This document shows positions 1-9,503 of a stretch of 64,000 nucleotides of DNA, piece by piece. Source of the DNA: an uncultured delta proteobacterium. GTDB lineage: Bacteria > Desulfobacterota > RBG-13-43-22. Position numbers and translations under genes: made by a program. The stretch lies in contig CAVUPH010000007.1 in assembly GCA_963743305.1 (NCBI GenBank), positions 237,552 to 301,551 on the forward strand, given 5' to 3'. The notes under the pieces are model-generated. The model had not been told where the DNA came from. It ran no database searches and worked only from the letters and a program-made list of their open reading frames with translations. The number at the start of each line of letters is the position of its first letter. Positions within the stretch are counted from its first letter, which is position 1.

Positions 1-160
1 TGGCTAATCCTCCGATGGCGGGATTACAGGACATGGCCCCGATGTGGTCCACGTTGATGGTCAGCAGCAGGGTTCGGCAACCCATCCGGGCCGCCGCCAG
101 ACCGGCTTCAATCCCGGCGTGACCGGCGCCGACGACAATAACGTCATATCTGTTTTCCAA
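1..160 (-). CDS. mnmG: tRNA uridine-5-carboxymethylaminomethyl(34) synthesis enzyme MnmG/GidA, 5' end only (runs off window)
   Basis: Manual minus-strand translation from TTG at 160: (M)[52 protein letters not shown], the FAD-binding N-terminus and MSCNPAIGG motif of MnmG. Not in the ORF track. Confidence 0.95.
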   Translation of the reverse strand, partial: MENRYDVIVVGAGHAGIEAGLAAARMGCRTLLLTINVDHIGAMSCNPAIGGLA

Positions 161-195
161 TTTGGAGAAACCTTTCAGTTTGGCTATTTTTGTAT

Positions 196-230
196 TAAAA
201 AACCGGCAGGTCCCGAAAGACCTGCCGGTT
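196..230 (-). terminator. Intrinsic terminator of the lipoprotein gene
   Basis: AACCGGCAGGTC-ccgaaa-GACCTGCCGGTT hairpin (201-230) with an A-run on its left, i.e. a U-tract on the minus strand. Confidence 0.8.
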
Positions 231-261
231 ATTTGTCAGTAGAAACAATTTTCAGAAGAGG

Positions 262-597
262 TTACTTCTTCAATTTCTTCATGAAGACGGCTTCCGCCTT
301 GTTAGCTGCGGCTTCGGCTTTTTCCGCCGCTTTTTCAGCTCTGGCTGCGGCATCTTCAGCCTTTTGGGCTGCCATTTCGGCCTTTTTGACCATGGCTTCC
401 AATATGCTCGTGTCGCACTCACACTTCGTCACTGCAGGCGGCGGCGGCGGTGGTGGTGGCGGCGCCGGAGCCGCAACTGCCTTGGGTGGCTCGGCAGTGG
501 CTTCCGTGAAACAGGTACACCCTACTCCAAAGGCGGTCAAAACAAAAAACATGGTTAGAAGACCTACGATTTTGATTACCCTTTGAGGTTTAATCAT
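262..597 (-). CDS. Alanine-zipper (Lpp/OprI-like) lipoprotein with poly-Pro linker
   Basis: AGGAGGTG SD before ATG 597; signal peptide ending GVG-C; PAPPPPPPPPPA linker; Ala/Glu/Lys heptads; C-terminal KKLKK. Confidence 0.75.
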   Translation of the reverse strand: MIKPQRVIKIVGLLTMFFVLTAFGVGCTCFTEATAEPPKAVAAPAPPPPPPPPPAVTKCECDTSILEAMVKKAEMAAQKAEDAAARAEKAAEKAEAAANKAEAVFMKKLKK

Positions 598-714
598 TAT
601 ACATTCACCTCCTCTCCTTAAAAGAGTCAACTAATTTATCGATTATCTAAAACGTTTAAATGGAAATTCAATAGAAAAGGTTATTGAAAATATATAGTTA
701 TGTCAAGAAAAAAA

Positions 715-1635
715 TTAGTCTTTGGTGATGTCCACCGGTATGCCTTTCGCTTCCTTCAGGGACTGCCTAAAGAGATCCAGATCGACCCGATCCCCCCATT
801 TCTTTCCTCTGACCTTGGCCAGACCGTACTCCACCAGATCAGGGATTTTACCATAAATATCCGAATGAACTTCGGAATAAATACGTCCCTGCTTAAAACC
901 GATTTTGACCGGTTCATAGATCATTTCCACCGGTGTTTTTAAGGGAATTAAGAAAAAAAGCTTTTTAATGTCCTCCGGATAGAGTCGGATACACCCGTGG
1001 GTTACCAGTCGGCCGATGGCCCAGGGGAAATTGGTCCCATGGATCCCGTAGCCCGGGATGGACAGCCCCATCCAATAATCTCCCAAGGGGTTATCCGGAC
1101 CGGGGGGCATGACTTTCAACTGATACTTTTCCTGGAGTGACTGGGGGATATGCCAAGCGGGATGTTCTCGTTTTTGAGCCACATGAAAGGAGCCCAGCGG
1201 GCTGAACCAGCCTTCATCGCCAATACCGATCGGATAGGTCCGGACCAGGCCAATGGATTTAATAAAATAAAACAGACGCATCTCCGCAATGTTGATCACT
1301 ATTCCAAATTTAGTCGTTGCCGGCAGGATCCATTGGGTAGGGAGGAGGAGATTGGTGCCTTCGGGGGGGACCCAGGGATCGATTTCCGGATAGAGGCTTT
1401 CCAATTCGTTGAAACCCAGATCGTTGTCTCGGGCCACGTCCAGCAGGGTATCTTTTGGCTTGGTCACGTATTCCCCCAGGACTCCGATGACGGTATTGGC
1501 CTGGGGGTCGAGGGCCAGTTTGGAATCGGGAAATCGATACGGGTAGGCGCCGCTTCCCCAGGCAGGTTTCAGGCTAAAAAATGAGATTAGGATAAGCAAG
1601 ATCAGTATCGGCGGGAAACGGCGAAAAAAAATCAT
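715..1635 (-). CDS. L,D-transpeptidase (ErfK/YbiS/YcfS/YnhG family) with LysM-like domain
   Basis: Signal peptide; IVINIAEMRLFY, YPIGIG, PPGPDNPLG and the catalytic GIHGTN...THGCIRL motif. Confidence 0.92.
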   Translation of the reverse strand: MIFFRRFPPILILLILISFFSLKPAWGSGAYPYRFPDSKLALDPQANTVIGVLGEYVTKPKDTLLDVARDNDLGFNELESLYPEIDPWVPPEGTNLLLPTQWILPATTKFGIVINIAEMRLFYFIKSIGLVRTYPIGIGDEGWFSPLGSFHVAQKREHPAWHIPQSLQEKYQLKVMPPGPDNPLGDYWMGLSIPGYGIHGTNFPWAIGRLVTHGCIRLYPEDIKKLFFLIPLKTPVEMIYEPVKIGFKQGRIYSEVHSDIYGKIPDLVEYGLAKVRGKKWGDRVDLDLFRQSLKEAKGIPVDITKD

Positions 1636-1811
1636 AAGGACTGAACCCTCTTTCGGCTGATGAAATAATCTGTTAATTTTTAGCTAAGCCGTCGAGAAAG
1701 TCAAGGATTTATGAAACGGTTTTTAATTGACTTGGCCAAAAACATTCCTTACCCTAAATTTCGCCTTCCCCTGAGGCTAACGACTGTTGGATTGAGGGAT
1801 AGTCACTGAAA

Positions 1812-1912
1812 AGGATGAACATCGAACATCGAGCCTCCCCGATCGAATGGTTAAATAGAGGCTGGTTTTTCATTCGAGGTTGGAAGTTCGATGTTCAATG
1901 TTCGACGTCCTT
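1812..1912. repeat. Inverted heptamer-array element (TCGAACA / TGTTCGA units), no cargo gene
   Basis: Left GAACATCGAACATCGAGCC..TCGAATG; right CATTCGAGGTTGGAAGTTCGATGTTCAATGTTCGACGTCC. Confidence 0.75.
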
Positions 1913-1969
1913 CCGTTTCTAAAAGGTGAGGTTTTTTAGTGTCTCTATTCCCCTGTCCCCGCAGCCCGG

Positions 1970-2504
1970 TTGACCTTCATCACCGGACCCAGTCGAAGCG
2001 GCAAGACCCGCTTGGCGCTGAAGCTCGCTCTGAGTTATCCCGAGCCGCGGGGATACCTGGCCACGGCCCAGGCCCTGGATAAGGAAATGGCCTTCCGAAT
2101 CCGCCGCCATCAGGAGGAGCGGGAAGGGGATTTTGTGACTATTGAAGAGCCGCTGCAATTAACCCGGGCGCTGAGTTCCCTAAATCGGACCTTTCTCGAT
2201 AGTGATCATTGATTGTCTGACCCTCTGGCTAAACAACCTGATGGCCAAGTGGGGTGAGGATGAAGATTCGCTCCGACAGGAGGCCTTCCAGGTAGTGGAA
2301 TTTTTTAAAACTTTTTCGGTTCCCACGGTTATTATCTCCAATGAAGTGGGCTGGGGGATCGTCCCGGATAATCCCCTGGCCCGTAAATTCAGGGACCTGT
2401 CCGGGAACCTGAATCAGGCACTGGCGGCCGTGGCTGATCAGGTTATTTTGGCCGTAGCCGGTATCCCGTTGGTCCTGAAACCTCATCCCTGCGGAAATTC
2501 CTGA
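1970..2504 (+). CDS. cobU: Adenosylcobinamide kinase / adenosylcobinamide-phosphate guanylyltransferase, split by a +1 indel near 2192
   Basis: ITGPSRSGKT P-loop, YLATA, EMAFRIRRHQEER in ORF 1970-2212; IDCLTLWLNN, SNEVGWGIVP in ORF 2202-2504. Removing one T from CTTTCTC joins them. Start uncertain. Confidence 0.9.
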
Positions 2505-3254
2505 TGACCTCTTTCCTGGTGGCCTTACGGTTTCTAACTATTCTTCCCGTGGGCGGGGCTATCAGGGTCGACAGCGAGTTATTTATCCGTTCCAGCAAAT
2601 ACTACCCGCTGGTAGGCTTGGCCATCGGCGGACTGCTCTGGGGCTTCAATCATTTGGCCTTGACGGCCTTTTCGGCCGGGCTGACGGCCGGGCTGCTAAT
2701 CGCCTTCTGGGTCAGTTTTGACCGGGGCCCTGCATCTGGATGGCTTAGGGGACACGTTGGACGGCTGTTACGGCGGAAGGACCCCGGCCGACCGCCTGCG
2801 GATCATGAAAGACGTTCACCTGGGGTCCATGGGCGTTGTGGGCCTAGTACTGCTCCTGATGATCAAATGGGTCGCTCTCGAGGAGCTGCTTTCTTCACCC
2901 ACCCTGCCCGTCTTTTTGATACTGATTCCTCTGGCCGCCCGCTGGACCCCGGTGTTCTTAGCCTCCTTTTGGCCCTACGCCCGGCCGGAAGGCGGCCTGG
3001 GCCAGGGTTTGGTTCAGGAAATGGGGAAAAAGGAATTATTCTGGGCCACGATTTTTGCCTGGGGGATCACCATCGGCGTTGCCGGGTGGCTGGGATTAGG
3101 ACTCATGGCCGTTCAGCTTGTCTGGAGCCTGTTAAGCGGCTGGTTTTTTTTCCGAAAATTGGGCGGGGTGACCGGCGATGCTCTGGGCGCTACGATTGAA
3201 ACCAGCGAACTGCTGGGAATCCTGTTTATTGTCGGGGTAGGCGGTCATGGGTAA
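2504..3254 (+). CDS. cobS: Adenosylcobinamide-GDP ribazoletransferase (cobalamin synthase), split by a +1 indel near 2716
   Basis: FLTILP, YYPLVG, then TGALHLDGLGDTLDG, IMKD..GSMG, GGVTGDALGA. Extra T in AGTTTTGACC. Confidence 0.92.
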
Positions 3255-3867
3255 GCAGGAGAAGACCACCCGTCTCTTTCTGGTCCGGCACGGCGAGGTG
3301 GCGCAATCCGCCCAGGGAAAATTCTTGGGTTTTACCGATGCCGGCCTGAGCGCCAACGGACGGATTCAATTGGAGCGGCTTGCCCAGCGTCTGAAGATAG
3401 TGCCCTTGGAACGCGCTGTGGCCAGTGACCTCATCAGGGCCGTGGAGTCGGCCCAAATAATCTGCCGGGGAAGGGCCATAGAGCCGGAGGGGCGGGCTGA
3501 ATTCCGCGAAATGAACATGGGCGAATGGGATGGGAGATCCTGGAAGGAGATCGAGCGAAGGTACCCGAATCGAAAAAAATTCCATTTCAGCAACTTGAAG
3601 CAGTTCCGTTTCCCGGGCGGGGAAAACTGGGACCAATTCCGCAATCGCGTGCTCAAGGGCCTCAATACCCTCCTCGACGAAAACCGGGGGTCGGCTATTC
3701 TCCTGGCGGCCCATGCGGGGGTTAACCGGGTCATCCTGGCCAAGGCCTTGGGACTGCCCTTCAAAAGAATGTTTTTTATGGACCAGGCCTACGCCTGTCT
3801 GAATATCATCGATTACTATCAGGGTTACGCCATGGTTCGATTGATCAATGGTACCTTTCCGGATTAG
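3247..3867 (+). CDS. cobC: Alpha-ribazole phosphatase (histidine phosphatase family)
   Basis: LVRHGE, SDLIRA, EMNMGEWDG, AHAGV motifs; lies between cobS and cbiB. Confidence 0.8.
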   Translation: MGKQEKTTRLFLVRHGEVAQSAQGKFLGFTDAGLSANGRIQLERLAQRLKIVPLERAVASDLIRAVESAQIICRGRAIEPEGRAEFREMNMGEWDGRSWKEIERRYPNRKKFHFSNLKQFRFPGGENWDQFRNRVLKGLNTLLDENRGSAILLAAHAGVNRVILAKALGLPFKRMFFMDQAYACLNIIDYYQGYAMVRLINGTFPD

Positions 3868-3888
3868 CGCTGCAGGTGAAAACTATCG

Positions 3889-4010
3889 GCGGAGCGCGGA
3901 GCGCGAAGCGCAAAGCGTCAGGCTCGCCCTGGTGGAGATTCAGCCAAGGCGGATTCGAGACAGTTCATTGTTCCGATTGGCGCTCGGCGCTCGGCGCCCC
4001 GCGCTCCGCG
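3889..4010. repeat. Inverted heptamer-array element (GCGGAGC / GCTCCGC-type units)
   Basis: Left GCGGAGC GCGGAGC GCGAAGC GCAAAGC; right CGCTCGG CGCTCGG CGCCCCG CGCTCCG. Explains the spurious N-terminal extension of the cbiB ORF. Confidence 0.75.
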
Positions 4011-4022
4011 GCCTTTCTAACC

Positions 4023-4982
4023 ATGCGCCCCTACCAATTCGCCCTCGCTTATCTTCTGGACCTGGCTATCGGCGATCCCCGGTTTATACCCCACCCGGTG
4101 CGTGGGTTTGGGTGGGCGATTCGTGTTCTGGAAAAGGCCCTCCGCCGGCCGGCTGAAAGTCCGGGGTGGGAAAGGTTTGCCGGGGTTATTTTAGCCCTGG
4201 GCTTGCCGGCCGCGGTTTTTTCGCTGACCTACTGGCTGATTTTCGGGCTGTTGCCAAGCCGGCCGGTCATCCAGTCCCTGGTCATTATTCTGTTGGCCTA
4301 TACGACCCTGGCCACCCGGTCGTTGCACCACGAGGCCGCCCGGGTCATCACGGCCCTGCAGGCCGGTAAGGTGACGGAAGCCCGGAAGCGGCTGAGCTGG
4401 ATCGTTGGTCGGGACACGGAACACCTGACCCGGGAGGAGATGATCAAGGCCACCCTGGAAACCATGGCCGAAAACCTTTCCGACGGGATTATTGCCCCTT
4501 TATTTTACCTGTTGATCGGCGGGGTGCCCCTGGCCCTGGCCTTCAAGGCGGCCAGTACCCTGGATTCCATGGTAGGCTACAAAAATGATCGCTACCGCTA
4601 TTTCGGTTGGGCCTCCGCCCGGCTGGACGATCTCTGGAATTATCTTCCGGCCCGAATTACCGCGCTATTGATCGTCCTGGTTTCCAGGTTTTGGGGCTTT
4701 TCCTGGAAACAGGCCTGGATCATCTACCGGCGGGATGGTCACCGGTACCCGAGCCCGAACGCCGGATTGCCCCAAGCCGCTTTAGCCGGCGCCTTGCAAA
4801 TCCGCCTGGGCGGACCGGCCCTCTATGGGGGGGTAAAAAGCGAAAAGCCTTTTCTGGGCGATGACCGCGTCGAGATTACCCTGGCGGAATACCGCCAGAC
4901 CGTGACTGTTTTGTATGCCTCCTCCGCCCTGATGGCCCTGGTCGTCCTTGGGGGGCGGTTTTTGTGGGAATATCTTCAATGA
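4023..4982 (+). CDS. cbiB: Adenosylcobinamide-phosphate synthase CbiB/CobD
   Basis: LDLAIGDP..HPV, IVGRDT, ENLSDGIIAPLF, TLDSMVGYKN, SPNAG motifs; start moved to ATG 4023. Confidence 0.93.
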   Translation: MRPYQFALAYLLDLAIGDPRFIPHPVRGFGWAIRVLEKALRRPAESPGWERFAGVILALGLPAAVFSLTYWLIFGLLPSRPVIQSLVIILLAYTTLATRSLHHEAARVITALQAGKVTEARKRLSWIVGRDTEHLTREEMIKATLETMAENLSDGIIAPLFYLLIGGVPLALAFKAASTLDSMVGYKNDRYRYFGWASARLDDLWNYLPARITALLIVLVSRFWGFSWKQAWIIYRRDGHRYPSPNAGLPQAALAGALQIRLGGPALYGGVKSEKPFLGDDRVEITLAEYRQTVTVLYASSALMALVVLGGRFLWEYLQ

Positions 4983-5135
4983 CAACCTCGCAGAAAGTCC
5001 AAAAACGATTTTCTACTCGGCGGGGGAGGGCCCTCCCTCCCCCGCCACTTGAAGTGAATTCAAATGGTCCCACCCCTACCCCAGACCGGGGCTTAATCGC
5101 CCTCGGTCTGTTGACGGACTTTTTGCGAGTCCGTC
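4981..5135. mobile_element. MITE-like element (~155 bp), copy 1
   Basis: Imperfect terminal IRs GACAACCTCGCAGAAAGTCC / GGACTTTTTGCGAGTCCGTC; a similar inverted copy lies at 50497-50652. Confidence 0.7.
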
Positions 5136-5139
5136 TACA

Positions 5140-6216
5140 ATGAAAAACTGGATGCGCAATCGAACCTTCGAAGAGGCCCTGGGGCAGCTTTTTATGGTGG
5201 GGATCCCGGGTCCCCAATTTTCCGGCGAGGCGGTTTTCCTTTTAAAAAAGATCCGGGCCGGTGGGATCATTCTGTTTAAACGGAATTATCAGGACCCTGT
5301 TCAATTGGCTGATCTCTGCCGGCGACTGCAGACCTCGGCCCTGGAACTCCATTCGCTGCCGCTTTTTATTTCCATCGATCAGGAAGGGGGCCGGGTGCTT
5401 CGACTGGGACCGCCATTCACCCAGATCCCGGCGCCGGCCGAGATGGCCGCTGGAGGAGATCCGGAGGGGGCCGTGCGTCAATATGCCCGGGTAACGGCCC
5501 AGGAATTAAAACTGGCCGGGATCAATATGAACCTGGCCCCGGTCCTGGACGTCAACCTCCGAGGAGCGGAAGGTTTGATGGCCTCCCGTTGCCTGGGTAC
5601 GGACCCGGAGACGGTAACCCGGCTGGGCAGTCTGTATATCCGGGAACTCCAAAAAGGCGGGATCATGGCAGCGGCCAAGCATTTCCCGGGGATCGGCGAC
5701 ATTGTCCTGGATCCGCACCACGATCTGCCGGTTCAAGATAAGGATCTGGCCGGGCTGGAAGCGGCGGAACTGGTTCCTTTTAGAACGGCCGTTGCTCTGC
5801 CCGTGTCCGCGGTGATGCTGACCCATACCCTTTATCCGGCCCTCGACCCCAAATGGCCGGCCAGTCTGTCCCGGTCGATTATCACCGGTCTGTTGCGGGA
5901 AAACCTGGGGTACCAGGGGTTGGTGATCACCGACGACCTGGAAATGGGAGCCATCGGCAAGCATTTTGAAATTGAAGAGGCCGTGTTGACCGCTTTCCAA
6001 GGGGGGGCCGATATCCTCCTCATCTGCCACGAACCGGAAAAGATCGAAAGGGCCTACGCCTGCCTTTTAAAAGCCTTGAAACGGGGGACCATCCCCGCTC
6101 GATTTCTGGAAATTTCCCTGCAACGAATTCTCGCCTTAAAAAATAACTACCTGCAGCTATTCTTACCCCCGTCCGAAGAAATAATCAGGGAATACTTTTT
6201 GCGTAAGATAGGTTAA
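5140..6216 (+). CDS. nagZ: Beta-N-acetylhexosaminidase (GH3)
   Basis: GGIILFKRN, SIDQEGGRV, KHFPGIG..DPH, ITDDLEM motifs. Confidence 0.9.
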   Translation: MKNWMRNRTFEEALGQLFMVGIPGPQFSGEAVFLLKKIRAGGIILFKRNYQDPVQLADLCRRLQTSALELHSLPLFISIDQEGGRVLRLGPPFTQIPAPAEMAAGGDPEGAVRQYARVTAQELKLAGINMNLAPVLDVNLRGAEGLMASRCLGTDPETVTRLGSLYIRELQKGGIMAAAKHFPGIGDIVLDPHHDLPVQDKDLAGLEAAELVPFRTAVALPVSAVMLTHTLYPALDPKWPASLSRSIITGLLRENLGYQGLVITDDLEMGAIGKHFEIEEAVLTAFQGGADILLICHEPEKIERAYACLLKALKRGTIPARFLEISLQRILALKNNYLQLFLPPSEEIIREYFLRKIG

Positions 6217-6249
6217 GACGGAACAGCAGAACCTCTTTTTCCATTAACC

Positions 6250-6283
6250 GTTCGCTGTTGGAAGTTCGATGTTCGACGTTCAT
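6250..6283. repeat. Single heptamer arm (TGTTCGA family)
   Basis: GTTCGCT GTTGGAA GTTCGAT GTTCGAC GTTCAT. Confidence 0.65.
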
Positions 6284-6311
6284 CTATTTTTGGGATGATC
6301 GGGATATCGGC

Positions 6312-7307
6312 CTATGAAGGTAATTTCGTATTTATCAATGAGTCTAATACCCGCTGCAAGTCCTCCGGTGGTCCGGATTGAAAAAGGAGCTTTTCCCGGG
6401 TGACCGGGTGAAGCAGCTCCACGGTGGCCGCGTGCAGAAAGAGTCGGCCTGGGGCCAGATCAAAAAGGGGCGGGCTTTCCGTACCGTAGAGAGGATCGCC
6501 TACTACCGGGTGCCCCAATTCCGCCAGGTGGACCCTGATCTGGTGGGTGACCCCGGTGATCAAATCCGCTTCCAGTAAAGAAAAATCCCGAAATCGTTTT
6601 AAAACCCGAAACCGGGTTTCCGCGGGGAAAATTCGACCCCGGTGAGCGGCCTCCCCTTCCCTTAGCGCTACCATCCGTCTTCGATCCCCGGGGTGATGGG
6701 CCAGGGGCAGCGTTACCACGCTTGGTTCGATGATCCCGGGGACCAGGAGCAGATATTTCTTGATCCATAAGCGCCGGGCTAAATCCTGTTTCAATTGGGA
6801 CCAGGCCGCCTGGTTCCGTCCGGCGACCAGAATCCCGGAAGTTCCCGTATCCAAGCGGTGGATCAGACCCGCCTCTAATGATTTTAACCCGACACCGCAC
6901 AATTCCGGAAAAAAGTGGACCAGGGTGTTGGCCAGGGTCCCGGTTTCAAAAGGGCTTAAAGGGTGGGTGGGGACCAGGGCCGGTTTAGGCACTACGATAA
7001 GATCCGCATCCTGATAGATAATGGTCAAATGGGGGACGGGTTCCGAGGCGGGGCCGACCTCCAAGGGTCCCGGCAACCTTAGTTCAAGGCGATCCCCAGC
7101 CTGAAGGCGGTATCCCTTGTCAGCCGCCTGATCATTTATCAGGGCCCGGCCTTCCGCAATCAGAACCCGGATGTTTCTGCGGGACAATCCGGGGAATTTT
7201 AGTTGGAGAAATTTTTCCAAGCGTTGAGAGGACGAGTCTCCAGCGGCAAAAATCCATTCATGATTAAGGGGATCCGATTTGGGTGGCTGATCTGGCAAAG
7301 ATTTCAA
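6312..7307 (-). CDS. RluA/RluD-family pseudouridine synthase
   Basis: S4-like N-terminus, HRLDTGTSG catalytic motif, TGVTHQIRVH, GDPLYG, LHA. Confidence 0.9.
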   Translation of the reverse strand: MKSLPDQPPKSDPLNHEWIFAAGDSSSQRLEKFLQLKFPGLSRRNIRVLIAEGRALINDQAADKGYRLQAGDRLELRLPGPLEVGPASEPVPHLTIIYQDADLIVVPKPALVPTHPLSPFETGTLANTLVHFFPELCGVGLKSLEAGLIHRLDTGTSGILVAGRNQAAWSQLKQDLARRLWIKKYLLLVPGIIEPSVVTLPLAHHPGDRRRMVALREGEAAHRGRIFPAETRFRVLKRFRDFSLLEADLITGVTHQIRVHLAELGHPVVGDPLYGTESPPLFDLAPGRLFLHAATVELLHPVTREKLLFQSGPPEDLQRVLDSLINTKLPS

Positions 7308-7464
7308 TCCCGGATAAGGGTCAGGTTGGCCCGGAGGCTGATGGATATTTTACCAGATTCACCCCTACAGGCAACCGGAAGTTACAGTCGAAATATCCAA
7401 AGGGTTGACAAGTCCCGATGAAAACAATATACATTCGGGGAGTCGGGGGAGGGATTTATTCAAA

Positions 7465-8173
7465 ATGGAAATAGCCAGGGAAACCCATCAGGGCCTGAAA
7501 AGGGCCAATAATCAGGATCGCTATCTCGTTAGGGAGTATGGCCCAGAAGCCTTATTTCTGGCGGTGGCCGACGGTATGGGCGGAGAAGCGGCCGGCGACC
7601 GGGCCGCGCAGATCGCCATCGACAGTCTGGAGAATTTTCAGTCCGAAACGGCTGATCCCCTCCTCCACCTTCAAAGCCTGTTTAAACAGGCCTCCGAAAA
7701 TATCGAGGTCCAGGTGCGGCAGAACATTCAGTTGTCCGGAATGGGGACCACCTTGACCGCCGTTTTCCTTTACGGGGGGCGGGCCTATTACGCCCATGTG
7801 GGGGACAGCCGCATCTACCATTTTCGGGCCGGGAGGTTAAAAAGGGTGACTTGGGACCACACCTTGCCGGATACCTTGCTGAAGGAAGGGAATATTACCA
7901 CCGAAGAAGCCCGGAATCATCCGGCGCAGCATATGCTGCTGCAATGTATCGGCTGCGGCCGGTTCAAAGCCAGCACCGGAATTCTGAAGTTGGAGAGGGA
8001 TGATATTCTTTTGGTAAGCAGTGATGGGCTGCATCACGAAATACCGGAAGAGGAAATTGCGCGCCCTGTTAACCGGCGCGAAAGACTTGGCCGGAATCCT
8101 CAAAACACTGGTTCAGGCCGCCTTAAATGCCGGGGGGCGGGATAATATCACCATCGTGGCCGCCCGCATCTGA
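7465..8173 (+). CDS. PP2C-family Ser/Thr phosphatase; +1 indel near 8064
   Basis: RANNQD, VADGMGG, GMGTT, HVGDSR, SSDGL. The terminal GGRDNITIV motif is in the next frame, ending at TGA 8171-8173. Confidence 0.88.
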
Positions 8174-8178
8174 CCAAA

Positions 8179-8281
8179 TTCGAAAATCCCGCATCCGAAA
8201 CCCAATTTCTAAGGGGGGAGTTATGGCCATTTTCGTTAAGACTCCTCCGTTTACAAAGGGAGGTTGGGAGGGATTTTCGAA
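8179..8281. repeat. Palindromic dispersed repeat (AAATCCC...AAAGGGAGGTTGGGAGGGATTT family)
   Basis: Shares ends and internal motifs with 46430-46518 and 51582-51657. Confidence 0.6.
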
Positions 8282-8328
8282 AAGATGAGATGGGTTCAAT
8301 CCAACAAAAGGGCTCAATCCTGAAAAGC

Positions 8329-8420
8329 TCGAACATCGAACATCGAACGTCCAACGTCGAATGTCTAATGGTAAAGGACGAAGAAGCGTGGCAATTTTGG
8401 CAAGATGTTCGATGTTGACG
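8329..8420. repeat. Inverted heptamer-array element (TCGAACA family)
   Basis: TCGAACA TCGAACA TCGAACG TCCAACG TCGAATG ... GATGTTCGATGTTG. Confidence 0.75.
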
Positions 8421-8467
8421 GATTGTTTTTTGATAATTGAGTTCCCACCGCGGGCAGGGCATTTTAA

Positions 8468-9379
8468 ATGGACACTCACCAAACTGTAGTTCTGAACTCC
8501 GCCGACAATACCCAGGCCCTGCTCGCTCCCGATCTGGGGGGCTGGCTTTTGCGCTACGCCCGTCATTTTGAGGACCGGGGATGGGAGGAGGCCCTCTTCT
8601 GGTCCCAGGAGGTGGTGGATCGTTATCCCCGGGAGATGTACGCCGGCAATCCTATCCTTTTCCCGCTGGTAAGCTGGAATAGCGTCGAGGAAAAGAAACA
8701 TTTCTACTCCTGGGAAGGCCGGACCTGGGCAATGCCCCAGCACGGGTTCGCCCGACGGTTGCCCTGGCAGGTGACCGGGCGGACGCCGGAGTCCGTGACC
8801 CTGGAACTACAGGACGATGAGGGGACCCGAAAAAATTATCCTTTTTCTTTTCTCCACCAAATAACCTATCGCCTGCAAGACGGGCGCCTTTACTGGTCTC
8901 AAAGCATCGAAAACCGCGGGGCCGGACCGATGCCCTTCAGCACCGGGTTTCATCCCTATCTCCTTGTTCCCCTCACGGATCAAGGCCGGCGTCGTGAATC
9001 TATTATTCGCATTCCCGACTGCCAAAAGGTGACCCCGATCGGGTCGTGGTCGGGATTCACCCGGGAACCGTTTCCTTTCCGGGAATGGGACGTGAATCAT
9101 GAACTGGAAGGGACCCTCTTTCTGACCGATCTGGAAAAACCCGAGTTACGTTTGATCGACTCCTTTCGAAAGCTGGAAGTTATTCTTAATTTTGAAGCGG
9201 CGCCCAAGCATCGTTTCGTCGCCCTCTGGACCCGCTCTCCGGAATCCCCCTTTTATTGCCTGGAGCCCTGGACGTCGCTCCCCAATTCCTTCGGCCGGAT
9301 GGAGGAAGACCTGATTATTCTTCAGCCCGGGGAAACCTTCCAGGCGGAGATGTGGCTGGAAATCAGGAAACAACAGTAA
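8468..9379 (+). CDS. Aldose 1-epimerase (galactose mutarotase-like) family protein
   Basis: GNPILFP, MPQHGFAR, YPFSF, GFHPY, FYCLEPWT motifs. Confidence 0.85.
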   Translation: MDTHQTVVLNSADNTQALLAPDLGGWLLRYARHFEDRGWEEALFWSQEVVDRYPREMYAGNPILFPLVSWNSVEEKKHFYSWEGRTWAMPQHGFARRLPWQVTGRTPESVTLELQDDEGTRKNYPFSFLHQITYRLQDGRLYWSQSIENRGAGPMPFSTGFHPYLLVPLTDQGRRRESIIRIPDCQKVTPIGSWSGFTREPFPFREWDVNHELEGTLFLTDLEKPELRLIDSFRKLEVILNFEAAPKHRFVALWTRSPESPFYCLEPWTSLPNSFGRMEEDLIILQPGETFQAEMWLEIRKQQ

Positions 9380-9432
9380 GGGGGATTTTAAGGGAGCTGG
9401 AATAACAACCGAACCTTCTAAATTTAATATTT

Positions 9433-9470
9433 ATGAACGTCGAACATTGAACATCGAACGCCCAACCTGA
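9433..9470. repeat. Single heptamer arm (TCGAACA family)
   Basis: ATGAACG TCGAACA TTGAACA TCGAACG CCCAACC. Confidence 0.7.
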
Positions 9471-9503
9471 AATTTAACTTGCAACCAACAACTGCGAACT
9501 CCC

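Noticed and set aside
44-586. 180-aa plus-strand Ala/Gly-rich ORF
   Set aside because: Antisense shadow of the lipoprotein and mnmG, which have SD, lipobox, terminator and motif support.
1636-1969. Cobalamin riboswitch upstream of the cob genes
   Set aside because: No B12-box or GGGAA..GGTG..AATCC core found. The AGACCTGCC at 218-226 is part of a terminator stem.
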